From Pecten maximus (Eukaryota): a stretch of DNA of 64,000 nt. The stretch is from the NCBI RefSeq assembly GCF_902652985.1, contig NC_047027.1, positions 24,490,001 to 24,554,000 on the forward strand, given 5' to 3'. Position numbers and translations under genes: made by a program. The notes beneath the pieces were generated by a model. It saw only the letters and a list, made by a program, of their open reading frames with translations. It did not search any database and was not told the origin of the DNA. This document shows, piece after piece, positions 25,793 through 37,419 of this stretch (its first letter is position 1; each line of letters opens with the position of its first letter).

Positions 25793-26175
25793 TCAGTTGT
25801 GCTCTAACAGACAGCAAATATATCTAGTTCGGTGTAAATATTTGCACAGAAACACACACATCATGACAAAGTCAGGCACGATGATCCAGCCAATCACGAC
25901 TGACATGATGATACTGGCCACGCCCCCTATGACCATACTGGAGGGCTTTGATTCGTACACGCTGATTCGTTTACGTTGATAGGAGGAGGTGTTGTTCTTA
26001 ATGACAGCAAGCTCCGCCTTCAGTTGCGTGATGATAGTTTGAAGTTCATCTAGACTGAGCTTGGTTCCATTCGTTTGCCTTCTGGTACAAGATACATTGG
26101 TAGAAATATTGGTAGTCGTCATGTCAGAAGTTGGGACGGTTGTCGTAATTCTCATCGTGGTCGTGATATTTGTTT
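25793..26175 (-). CDS. Terminal exon of a Thr-rich (mucin-like stalk) single-pass membrane protein of a mollusc-type family
   Basis: Thr-rich stretch, then LSLDELQTIITQLKAELAVIKNNTSSYQRKRISVYESKPSSMVIGGVASIIMSVVIGWIIVPDF (coiled segment, basic motif, TM helix). Acceptor gtgacttcag at 26176; upstream exons not found. Confidence 0.72.
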
Positions 26176-26324
26176 CTGAAGTCACAAAAACATCAATATT
26201 TGTAACCTCAAGTTATTTCAAATCAATGAATTATCTTTTAAACACATAAACGACTTCTTTTCCTAAATTTGTCTTTATTTTCACAAAATACAATCTTCAT
26301 CGATGGACGAATCGAGGATTCGAA

Positions 26325-26448
26325 GAATGCAGACAGCGGAAAGTGAACAAAACCTTGGAGTATCGAGTAGGTTTCAAAGGGTGCAGACAGCGGCAGTGAA
26401 CAAAACCTGGAGTATCGAGTAGGATTTCAAGGGTGCAGACTCGGAGTG
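26325..26448. repeat. ~50-bp tandem repeat running into the assembly gap
   Basis: TGCAGACAGCGG.AGTGAACAAAACC.TGGAGTATCGAGTAGG.TTTCAA repeated ~2.5 times before the Ns. Confidence 0.75.
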
Positions 26449-26948
26449 NNNNNNNNNNNNNNNNNNNNNNNNNNNNNNNNNNNNNNNNNNNNNNNNNNNN
26501 NNNNNNNNNNNNNNNNNNNNNNNNNNNNNNNNNNNNNNNNNNNNNNNNNNNNNNNNNNNNNNNNNNNNNNNNNNNNNNNNNNNNNNNNNNNNNNNNNNNN
26601 NNNNNNNNNNNNNNNNNNNNNNNNNNNNNNNNNNNNNNNNNNNNNNNNNNNNNNNNNNNNNNNNNNNNNNNNNNNNNNNNNNNNNNNNNNNNNNNNNNNN
26701 NNNNNNNNNNNNNNNNNNNNNNNNNNNNNNNNNNNNNNNNNNNNNNNNNNNNNNNNNNNNNNNNNNNNNNNNNNNNNNNNNNNNNNNNNNNNNNNNNNNN
26801 NNNNNNNNNNNNNNNNNNNNNNNNNNNNNNNNNNNNNNNNNNNNNNNNNNNNNNNNNNNNNNNNNNNNNNNNNNNNNNNNNNNNNNNNNNNNNNNNNNNN
26901 NNNNNNNNNNNNNNNNNNNNNNNNNNNNNNNNNNNNNNNNNNNNNNNN
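26449..26948. other. Assembly gap (500 N)
   Basis: N run. Confidence 1.
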
Positions 26949-27851
26949 AAAGAATATCATGAACTTTTGGTATGTCTGTGTACACATATGTTTCTTATGT
27001 TCATCGCTCCATTAACAGCAGATCGGGCATTATCTGTAGTACCTGCGACAACCTAACGGACAACAACATACGAGAGGTCGTCTGAGCCTACCTGTATAAC
27101 GAGGTCATAACAAATATGCCAGAAGTTCTGATGTACGTGAGCCCATATCAGATTTGTATAAGGCCGATACAACATCAGACACCTTCGAATTACGTTGCAG
27201 GCAGCCGTTGGACAAAACGGTATGGAAGTGATACATCGTTGGGACGGGACGGGCAGTCGTAATAGGATGTATATGTCAAATACAGGTAAAGTCATATTCT
27301 CAGAATGAAAACCAGAGTGGTGAGAACGAAACCACTAGGCATATCAGCAACCATAAATCATGTTTCCATAAAAGTTTCCCATGGACTGCATCTCTCAAAT
27401 CCGTGTGTTGCTATATCATACCAAAAGAACTGGAACTACTGTCCCCATTGCTAGATCGTAAGAGGAGATTAAGTTTGAAATATTTTCTTTTCTTTTCTTT
27501 TCTTTCTTAAAATTGTCTTCCTCCAAATGTCTCTCTTGACACCATCTCACATTTGGTCTAAAGGTGAGCGTTCGCCCCTGTGACCAGTCTTTTTAAAATC
27601 ATAGTTTCTACTCTTGCCTAACTCTCAACATATTATGAGAGGGGCGGCTAATTTGCCTATTGTTAGTATAATGTGACCGGGTGGGGTGTCCTGCTGGATG
27701 TCTTCGGCAGTATACTTTGTTAAGGTAGTACTATAAATCGACATCAGCTCTGCGCTAACGTGAACATACTGTATTCGTCCCAAAATAAGCGCACGTGGCA
27801 CAAGCATGTAGCTTGCATACAGGAAGGTTGTCATTGAATTACATTAGCTGT

Positions 27852-28066
27852 TGTAGCGGGCAACGGGGGAATTAGCTGTAGGAATTGTAAGGATTCCACT
27901 TTCAAAATTGATCACTCGAAACACGTTCTTGCTTCCATCTTCATCTTTTTTATTCACTCTAATTTACAAAACGGAAAATAACATATTTCCGGAAAAGTTC
28001 TAAGGGGAGATAACTCGTACAGTCTTGTAACATGATCATCAGCCTAGCCATATTATGAACACAACA
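27852..28066 (-). repeat. 3' LTR (215 bp)
   Basis: One visible mismatch versus the 5' LTR; adjoined by PPT AAGGGGGCGGGA (28067-28078). Confidence 0.97.
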
Positions 28067-29487
28067 TCCCGCCCCCTTAAATAACAGGCTTCCAAGACCT
28101 GTTACCGCTAGACGGATGAACATGAAACAGACAGTACTTTAGTAAATCATACATACACGAGACAATAATATATGGCCATTGGATGCATCTCACTTATAAG
28201 ACATATATGTAGAAATATTAATGCTAGCTTATCCCATTATTAGAAATATATGTATGTAGTCATCATTATGAATCTTATATGTAGGTAATAACATTTTGTT
28301 AAAATTAGGAATGTATCCGGTAGAGACCATCAACTCTAACTAACAACAGAATAGATGAATTACACCAAGAAGGTATACAAGTAAGCCACTAACACTCTCT
28401 GTACCACTGAACCACTCACAGTTACTTCCCCTTACTAATATTCCAATATTGGAAATCAATCATACTACTCAACAATATGGTAACCTCTGGAAACATCATA
28501 AAATGTTACAATTTCTACAATTCAAGATGACATGATATACCTTTGTAACAGGCTAGTTCTGGGATTAAGTAATAATTAATGTCTAGCACATTTCCAATAC
28601 CTTCAAGTGCACATTATGTTGGACCAGATGTCATGCATTCTCCACTATTAAGTGAAAATACTAAAATTACAGACTAGCAAGACTAGAATAGAAGCATCAT
28701 TATACTTAAAACAAAATTCTTCTATTACTCTAGAAGATCAAAACAAAATTAACTCTAGAATACTGAACAATATAACAAAACTCTTATGGCATTTAATTAT
28801 GGCAGAATGTGTAATATGACTTTGGAAATCTCATCAAATATATCATAATGACAACACACTGATGGTCAATGAGATGTACTCAGGCAGATATGGTTTTACA
28901 TATAGATCTGTATATTATCATCATACTGCTCCCTGACAATGTCAAAATACACTATATATCATCATCAATACCGAATACATAAAATCCATTCAAGCCTATC
29001 AATTATGACAAAGTTGTATGGTACAGAAATTATTGTTTATATGTGTTATATCGAAATTCACAATGTACTTGATGAAAACACCTCAATCAATATATTCAGG
29101 ATAAACAAAAAAATGATGAAATAGTTTCAAAAGTAAACATTTCTCAACTCCAAGTGGCAAAATGACATATGAATGTGAAACATGTACATGTATCAGTTAA
29201 GGACACATGCTACAGAGAAATTTCATTCTATGTAATCAATAAGTGTCATGGTTATGAAATCACATGTATGCATTTTTACAGTAAAATAGTATTTAATGTC
29301 AAAAGGTAATATTCTAGTTATCACTTCACTTAATGCATATGCATAAATTGGTCAGAAAAGTAGAAATCAGTGCAACAAATTGATACCAATGAATACACTC
29401 TATTAATACAGTCTCTCTAAATAACAAAATTTGAAAAATTACCTGGTAAACTACAATATAGTATATATACATGTACATGTACAATGT

Positions 29488-32400
29488 TCATGGGACTACA
29501 GGAGGAGGTCTCCTATTAATAGCCTTACGAGCTTTAACGTTGAAAGAGTTCTCTCTGACCCAAACTGCATTTTGCGCAGGTTCGCCCACAATCTGAATAA
29601 GGTACTCAGAACCTGAAGGTAAGTGTCTCTGGGCAATCACACGCTTTATCTTGTGTAACCCGTCTGTGTCAGAGGAAACTGAGATGTGAGCATCTGCTAA
29701 AGGATTGACATGGTTATCGTCACGAAAGCGAAGAGGCTTTTGTTTGTGTCTCACAGGACGCATTGGTGCTGGAACCGGTATATTGGTTGCTGAGGAGGAA
29801 GATTCCTCTGAACTACGTGAGCCTGAGGTCAAAGTCTCATCACTACTGTCGTGTTCAGGTGCTGGGAGAGCAACCTGTACTCCTACATCCTCTGTCAAAG
29901 CAGTCCTGTTAGATGTGACTACTCGAAAAAAAGAGTTTGGTGTGGGTTGACGCACGTAAGCCATCTTTAGTCTATCCACATGAATTGGGACGGGTGAAAT
30001 CTTGGAGGAGGTAGGATCCTTGAGTCGAACTAGGTGAGGTGAGACTATCACCTGCACGACATATACACCACTGTATAAGTTCTGAAGTTTTTGGCCTGAC
30101 CCAGTAGGTTGTTTTTGGAGAAACACATAATCACCAACAGCTAGTTGGAGTGGCCGTGCTGTGGAATTGGTCGTAGTAAGCATACGGTCCTGAGCAGTTT
30201 TAACATTGTCCAACATCTCCTTCCTTATACACTGGAGACGTGTTTGGAGGCCTTCCACATAGGAATGCATGTCCTTGGGCAAAGTATGCAAATCTGATGT
30301 AGGGATGTGAGTAGACAAAGGAAAACTGGGTCGTTGACCATATAGGATTTCATATGGAGAGTAACCAGTTGAACTATTCACTGACATGTTCATTGCTGCT
30401 GCTAGGGAAGGAATCATATCCTCCCAATTAGATCGAGTATTGTTCATGTTTACCTGCAAGCGTAGAATGGGTCCTTTCACATGCTCCGAGGCAGTGATGC
30501 ACAAAGCTAGGGGTAAATTCCTGTTTCACGTCAAACAAACGACACAACTCCTGCGTAACCCTCGATGTGAATTCCGTTCCTCTGTCTGACACAAGAGTGT
30601 CACAGCTGCCATAGCTAGAAACCATACGGAATAGAACAGTTGATACAGTGTAAGCGTCATCACTAGCCATTGGTTCCATATACACAAACTTGCTAAACAT
30701 ATCTACAGCTGTTAATATGTAGGTCTTCCCAGAAGGAGTGAGAGGTAATGGGCCAAAACTGTCCACTTGCCATACGCGGAATGGCGCGCTAGGGGTAGGG
30801 TACGCACTTATACCAGACTTTGTATGATGCTTTGTCAATTTACGTTGTTGACATGGGATACACGAACGCACAAAATCTGCTACAATGTCTGCCATGTGAT
30901 TAAAGAAGTAATGTTCTTTAATTTTGTCAAGAGTGTCGTGGATTCCTCCATGGCTTCCAATAGGGCTGTCATGATAAAGCTGAAGGACGTCCTGGACGAG
31001 TGAACCAGGTAAAGCTAACTGATACGAGTTCATGTCCTTAGTTCGTTTAGCCTTGACAACACGCGAATGAAATAGCACTTTATTGATCACCATGAAATCC
31101 GCACTTTGAAGTATAACTCGACGCGAGTCTTTCTGACTATCAGATAAAGTTCCATCAACAAGGTGCCTGTAGACATCCTGGAAATTAGGGTCAGCCTGTT
31201 GTAATAATGCTAGTTCCTCTGAAGACTTCCCTAATATAGACCAGGGAGCAGTTTCATTTCCATCATCATCAGCAGATTGTATGGAAACAGATGACACATC
31301 AGTTAGAACAGTGGCTTCCTCGGTATCGTTTAACGAGTGTGCATTAATGTCTGTTACCGATGACTCGTGAGCATCAAAATCTAGGGCAGTGTCCTGTGGA
31401 GTTGCATGATCACTAGAGTCAATATCAGTGGTCCCTTAGAATGGATCACTTACGTGAGAATCAACCTCTGTTGACAAATGAAAATTGTCTGTACATGTGT
31501 TGTCATTATCAATCTGTGTTGGCTTGTTGTAATGTTCGTCAACAGAGTCACAATCTGAATCATGAGCTTCAGACCGACAGGTAGAATAAGTGTCACTCTT
31601 GACGTGATCCTGAGATACTTTCGGGAGTTCATTAGTATGGGACTCTACTATACAAGGTGTATGATCACCAGCACTTGCAGAATACTTGGGTGCTGGATGA
31701 GATAGTTCAATAGATGATAATGGACGTCTCCTGCGCCTATGCTTCTTATGACATGTAACAACATCCTCCTCCGTGTCAGCATCATACTCAAATGCTGGAT
31801 ATAATGCTGGCCGTTCCAGACAAATATTGTTCAATTCAGACACAGGTTGAAAGAACAAGTCACTCAAGTTCTCTCCAGTGGGTAACGTGATCGCAGGTAC
31901 TGGTTCCTCAACTGATGGGAAGTGGGGATTTTCCTCATCAGGGCTAGCGTCCAAAATTGGTATCCCTGAAGCAGGATGACACCTGGACAGAGCATCAGGG
32001 ACAATCATTTTACTGGCTGGCCTATACTGTATTTCAATGTCATATTGCTGTAACACTGCCAGCCAACGTTCGTATATAGCACCCTTCAAGCGGTTGACAG
32101 AGATGGGGCGAAGTGCCTGGTGGTCACACTCAACGATGAAGTGGGTACCACGGATATAAGAAGCACACTCTGTTACTGCTGTCACTACACCAAGTTCCAG
32201 TTTAGTGGGTCCATAAAACTGCTGACACTGGTTGAGTCCCTTTGATCCAAAGCGGATTGTATGTGGTGTGCCATCCTCATAAATCTGATAGAGCATAAAG
32301 CCCACACCTTTACTAGAAGCGTCTACTGCAATGCGGAATGGCAGATCAAAACGTGGAAATGCGAGGGCATCCGAGTTAACTAGCAACTGCTTCAAAGTTT

Positions 32401-34343
32401 CAAAAGCGTCACTATGTTCACTGGTCCACTTAAACTTTACATTATTTTTCAAAAGAGCATATATAGGTGCGGCAATTGTGCTGTAGTTCGGAATAAACTT
32501 CTTGAACCAGTTCATCAAGCCTATGGCGCGTTTCACTTCCTTAGCATTGGTAGGGTGGGGATAGTTACGAATACACTCAACTCTATCCTCTGGAGGGCGA
32601 ATCCCTGTGTTTGAATCTCATGGCCTAAGAATACGCACTTGTCTACAGCAAACCTACACTTTTTAGGACCAAGCTTTAGCCCTGCAGTACGAAACCTATG
32701 AAGTACCTCCTGAATATCAAGTAAATGTTGTTCAAATGTAGAAGAAACAATAAGAACATCGTCAAGGTAACATAATACAGATTTAAAAATCAGACCTTGT
32801 TAAACTTTGTCCATCAACAGCTGAAAGCTATTGGGAGCGGTCTTTAAACCCATAGGTAAACGCAAGAAATTGTATGTACCAAAACAGGTATTAAAAGCAG
32901 TATAATTAGATGATTTCTCTGAAATGCCCATTTGAAAAACCTGAACTCATATCTATGGATGTTATAAAGTTCGGCTTGGTTTGACTTAAGGACTCTGTGA
33001 GTTCCTGTAAATCAGGTATATTGTATCTAAAATCTTCAGTTTGAGAGTTTAAGTACCTAAAATCACAGCAAAATCCATAGCTATGTAAATGACTCTCTCG
33101 CGATCCTTTCTTTCCCTCTGCTCCCGGATACTTTCTCTTAGCCACTAATACAATGGGACTAGAAATAGGTAAGCTTTCACTCTCAGACACAGCCGCAATC
33201 ACTCCTTGTTCCAACAACTCCTGTAACTGAGTACGCAACACTTCCTTTTTATCTGGAGGAAGCCTGTACGGCTTTTGTTGTTTACTAACAAAGTCTTTCT
33301 TAAGATGAATTTCATGTTCAACTAAGGTTGTGTATCCTAATGATGGATTCATAGGTGTGACAAAGACATCTTTGTTATCATATAAACACTGTTGAACCTT
33401 ACTTCTCTGATCATCAGACAATGCAGACCCTATATGAAAATTCTCACAAAAAGATTTGTTCTCATTGGTAACTACAGTGCTCTCAGCACTTTGACATGAG
33501 TCAACATTAATATGATTACACATATTCTGCATGGCTTTTAAAGGTATTATGTCACAGGAACCATCAAACATTGCAAAATCAGCCAACACTGTACCCTTGC
33601 ATATATTTATGGGGGCATTGGTAGGGTTACATAATCTCAAAGGTATAACACGAGTAGGAGGTACAGTTATGACTGACTTAGCAACCAATAATCCTTCATT
33701 TAATAATCTCCGATTGATTGTACAAATACCCTGGATACCAGTAAAAACATGCTTGGGTACTTTACCCTCAATAGTGATTTCAGCATTAGAGGGTAAGGTA
33801 AGGGAGGACAAACATTTGACCTTCACCTTCCCTGTCATACCCTTTACAGTATGTATACCTGTCTTAAAATCCAGTACCAAACCATACGACATCATGTAAT
33901 CAGTACCAACAATGAATGGATGTGAGGTGTGTTCTAATAAATGAACAAAAAATATATGTCTACCAGTTGGGGTGTACCCCTTGACCTTTGCTGTACCTAT
34001 GACCTTGACATATTTATCATCTGCCACCAAAATAGACTTCTCTGAGGGTTGGAAACCACTCTTACATTTATAAGGCAACCTGTCAAAAAATTAAACACCG
34101 ATTACACTAATACTAGAGCCTGAGTCTAATAAAGCGGCAACCTTAATGGACTTAAAGTCAACTGGATAATACATAAACTTAGTTTTTGTGTTACATGCCA
34201 ATTATCAGGAAAGTCACTGATGTCTGTGTCATTATCACTTGAGTCACTGCTCGACAGTTTTTCTCGCCAGGGTATTGGAGACGGACTACGTGAACGTGGA
34301 TGAGTCTCTGACATACTTCGAATAGGAGCACGAGATGCGTGAG
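29488..34343 (-). pseudogene. pol: Gypsy pol (protease, RT, RNase H, integrase, chromodomain-like tail), disrupted
   Basis: LLDSGS protease, CYLDDV RT, VDASSKG/ECDHQAL/VPDALSR RNase H, H..H..C..C zinc finger plus QVDSFGP/SDRGTEF/GACER integrase. About 4 frameshifts and 3 in-frame TAA codons. Confidence 0.95.
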
Positions 34344-35513
34344 TTACTGCTTGCCCGGAGGATGTCGCGCCGATGGCCTCGGGGCCTTGGAGTTTCCCGA
34401 ATGCTGAACAGCTGAACCCTGTGCGCGATCCTGTCGATGGGGGTTGTCATAGTAATGATGCGGAGGGTTTGGTCCCTGTTGTTTCCCAAGGTAGGCACAA
34501 TCTGTAGCTCCATGGCCCAATTGTGAGCAGAGTTGGCATTGTGTGGAGGGGTTGGGTGGCAAAGTTTCCATCCAACAACAGTCTCTGCTAATGTGTCCTG
34601 GTGCTGAACATCGAAAACAGGTACGAATATTGGTTGGGGGTTGTGGTGACGGTGTCCACTGATCGTTAACTGTTACTCTAGGGGGAGGGGCCTCAGAACG
34701 TTTCAGTTTTTCTACACTGAGTGTGAGTTGGCACACTTTATCTGTGAGGGCAGCCAAATCGTAATGATCCGAAGGGCGAGACATAGCACTCTGTCCAGAC
34801 AATGCAGACTTGGGTATGGTATCCTGTGGTGGTGATGATACTGCCCTATAACCGAAGGCCTCCCCCATTTTTGCAGCATGGAACGCTGCCTCACATGTTT
34901 TAGGATGTGTCGTCCTGACATAAAACTTCAGAGTGTCAGGTAAACTATCAATGAACTTCAGTAACAGCTCCTCATCCCTTCTCCTGAGTAGCTTCCCCTT
35001 GTGAATAAGTGTTGAGTAGAAATCATCCAACTTCTGTAGGGGTTGGAGAGTCATTTTAGTAAATGTTTTAGTCTCTAGGAGGAGTCTGGGGCTTTCTGCA
35101 CTCAAATCTACAAATCGTTGTTTAAATTTTAGTATGAGTGTGGACCACGAGTGTTTTTGGGTACTAGGCAAATGTTCGAACCACGTTTTTGCTGAACCTT
35201 TTAACAGTAAACTAAAAGCGGCTACCCGTTTTTCGTCGTTGATGTCTAGTAATTCGCAATAAGCTGAAAATTCATCCAGAAATCGGGTGGGATCGTCTGT
35301 ATTGCCATGAAATTTGGCACACTGGAGTATCTCTGAAGGTGTACTGTTACTGGGCCCACGTGGTGCATGGTCCGAAATTGGTGAAAAGTTAGTAACGTTA
35401 GACTTTAATTCATTTTGTAGTAAAAAATCAGCAGAGAATACGTCATTTGATGAAAAGTCACAGGAAGCCATGATGAACAATAGTAGGTAATAAAAGCGTT
35501 CAAACATCAACAT
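34344..35513 (-). CDS. gag: Gypsy Gag, intact ORF with two CCHC zinc knuckles
   Basis: KFHGNTDDPTRFLDEF, LLKGSAKTWF capsid-like motifs; CFRCSAPGHISRDC and CQLCSQLGHGATDC. Confidence 0.92.
   Translation of the reverse strand: MLMFERFYYLLLFIMASCDFSSNDVFSADFLLQNELKSNVTNFSPISDHAPRGPSNSTPSEILQCAKFHGNTDDPTRFLDEFSAYCELLDINDEKRVAAFSLLLKGSAKTWFEHLPSTQKHSWSTLILKFKQRFVDLSAESPRLLLETKTFTKMTLQPLQKLDDFYSTLIHKGKLLRRRDEELLLKFIDSLPDTLKFYVRTTHPKTCEAAFHAAKMGEAFGYRAVSSPPQDTIPKSALSGQSAMSRPSDHYDLAALTDKVCQLTLSVEKLKRSEAPPPRVTVNDQWTPSPQPPTNIRTCFRCSAPGHISRDCCWMETLPPNPSTQCQLCSQLGHGATDCAYLGKQQGPNPPHHYYDNPHRQDRAQGSAVQHSGNSKAPRPSARHPPGKQ
34392..34398 (-). promoter_or_regulatory. Putative -1 ribosomal frameshift heptamer G GGA AAC (gag-pol)
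   Basis: X XXY YYZ in gag phase; the -1 frame stays open past the gag stop toward the protease; GC-rich sequence follows. Confidence 0.65.
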
Positions 35514-35673
35514 ATCAGTGTCACCTCATGATGTAACAAACATTGCCCGCCATGTTGAGGCCGCCATAGATATTGTCCCTCGCGGTCCGGAACGATCAAC
35601 ATCAAACAGCGAAATACACAAAAGTCTTGGTAGAATTTACCTATCACACAGCTGATAAATGTTCTTGCAATTT

Positions 35674-35686
35674 GGATTCTCCACCA
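35674..35686 (-). promoter_or_regulatory. Primer binding site TGGTGGAGAAT (tRNA-Ala-like)
   Basis: Directly abuts the 5' LTR; complementary to a tRNA 3' end ...ATTCTCCACCA. Ala identity is from recall. Confidence 0.75.
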
Positions 35687-35901
35687 TGTAGCGGGCAACG
35701 GAGGAATTAGCTGTAGGAATTGTAAGGATTCCACTTTCAAAATTGATCACTCGAAACACGTTCTTGCTTCCATCTTCATCTTTTTTATTCACTCTAATTT
35801 ACAAAACGGAAAATAACATATTTCCGGAAAAGTTCTAAGGGGAGATAACTCGTACAGTCTTGTAACATGATCATCAGCCTAGCCATATTATGAACACAAC
35901 A
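35687..35901 (-). repeat. 5' LTR (215 bp)
   Basis: Direct repeat of 27852-28066. Confidence 0.97.
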
Positions 35902-37419
35902 CTGTTCACAGGACGTTAAACAATGCTAAACAAGTCAGTATAATGTGCCAAGTGAGTCCCATGCTATCCTGTCCAGATTGGGTATTTCTAAGTTGTGTGA
36001 CAGTGATAGAGATCCCATCATTCACGACCTCGATGACTTAAAGTCCATAAAAAGATCATACAACAATGGTCCTGACTACAAGGCGATGACGAATTAATAT
36101 TTCATTTCTAAGCCAAAAATGATCAGAATATACTGCTACACAACAATAATACTAAAAACGCAGGTAAGAATATCATGGAGTCGAATGGATTTGCAAACGT
36201 TTGACTCCTAGCATTACTGACAGAGAAGGGCAAAACAGCTGGATTCTACGGTTATGATAACTTTTGGGCACATACTGTCAAACCTGTCAATGTGGGTTTC
36301 CAAACGGACAACAAAACGGTCACATATGGCAAGTGTAATCTTAATCCAGGTTTAGGTATCAAGTATAGTAAATACCATTGGGAGGGGGAATGTTGGCACA
36401 TAAGAGAGTGAGTCTTTAAATTCAGGTGGTTACTAAGGCAATTTTGACTGTATTTTAGTTATTATCTGTTTGTTCTATAGAAGTGTACAATCCTTTGTCA
36501 GTACGATACAGTATATTTATGTTTTGAAATAATGCACACAACATATCGTTAATGTTGTTATTTTCAAGAGGAACATTTGTCTCAATTTTCAAGGAACAAC
36601 GAAAATGCATAAAGATTATACAAAACATTTTTGCTCCACCCTTGGGCCAAAAATAACCTTTTCCTTGAGCAATAGGTCAAGTCTAATTTGGAAGGCAATG
36701 CGATGTTAACTGATTAATATGTTTTCCAGTGTTTGGAGTTGTGGTATGTTTTGAAACTACCCATAACGTTTGGAACATGGAAACCATTTGTCATACTGGA
36801 CAATTACCGGGCAACACTTATCAATCTACGGTGGCGTTATCGCCTATAGAGTGTGTAGTGACCTCTCTGACGTACAACCGGTCAGTGGCGACGTATGACG
36901 GAACATCTCGACAATGTTTTCCCCACGATATCAACACTCAAGCGGAGACGGATGTGATTTATGTTCATGCTTCAAAAGAAGGTAGGTAAAAGTACTATTA
37001 TGTGTCAAAAATTGCAAAATTATATAGCGATGCAATTCGTACATTCGTATATTTTGGATATTCTTATGGAATAATCTAGTCTGACCCGGTGCAATATGAA
37101 TGACGAATACTGTAAATCACTTATATTTCGCGAGTACTTAATTTCGTGAACTCACCTCATTCGACTTATTCGCGAATACATAATTTCGCGAATTCTGACC
37201 TCAAAATGTCTTTAAATTCGCGAATGACGTCGGCGATATTTCCATGTGGAGAGTGAAGTGAGTTGTTTTCAATGTACAATCTGATATATAAGTATATAAT
37301 TTATCATTCTATTATTTTTTTTTATATTTTTTTTATTTTTTAAGACATTTTTAATACATAAATATATAAGAACCACACACACACAAACACACATCAATTC
37401 CAATTGGTATGGTTTGCCT

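Larger units (their letters stand above)
27852..35901 (-). mobile_element. Full-length Ty3/Gypsy LTR retrotransposon, 8050 bp, 4-bp TSD CTGT
   Basis: 215-bp TG..CA LTRs. TSD ctgt at 27848-27851 and 35902-35905; the empty site is visible at ~18347-18350. Domain order gag-PR-RT-RH-IN; PBS and PPT present. Confidence 0.98.
26949..37295 (+). pseudogene. Inverted partial copy of the FReD 5' region: exon 2 at 36730-36981, ATG exon deleted, Gypsy inserted upstream, truncated in intron 2
   Basis: Exon 2 copy differs at 4 of 252 nt. About 160 bp corresponding to 17933-18093 is missing at ~36159. Similarity stops at 37295 inside the MITE. Confidence 0.85.

Noticed and set aside
26374-27056. Long ORFs spanning X runs (also 37404-37708, 62374-62922)
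   Set aside because: Artefacts of N gaps.
33531-33899. Antisense ORFs within Gypsy pol (also 29705-29950, 30767-31003)
   Set aside because: Shadow ORFs of the coding strand with no recognisable motifs.
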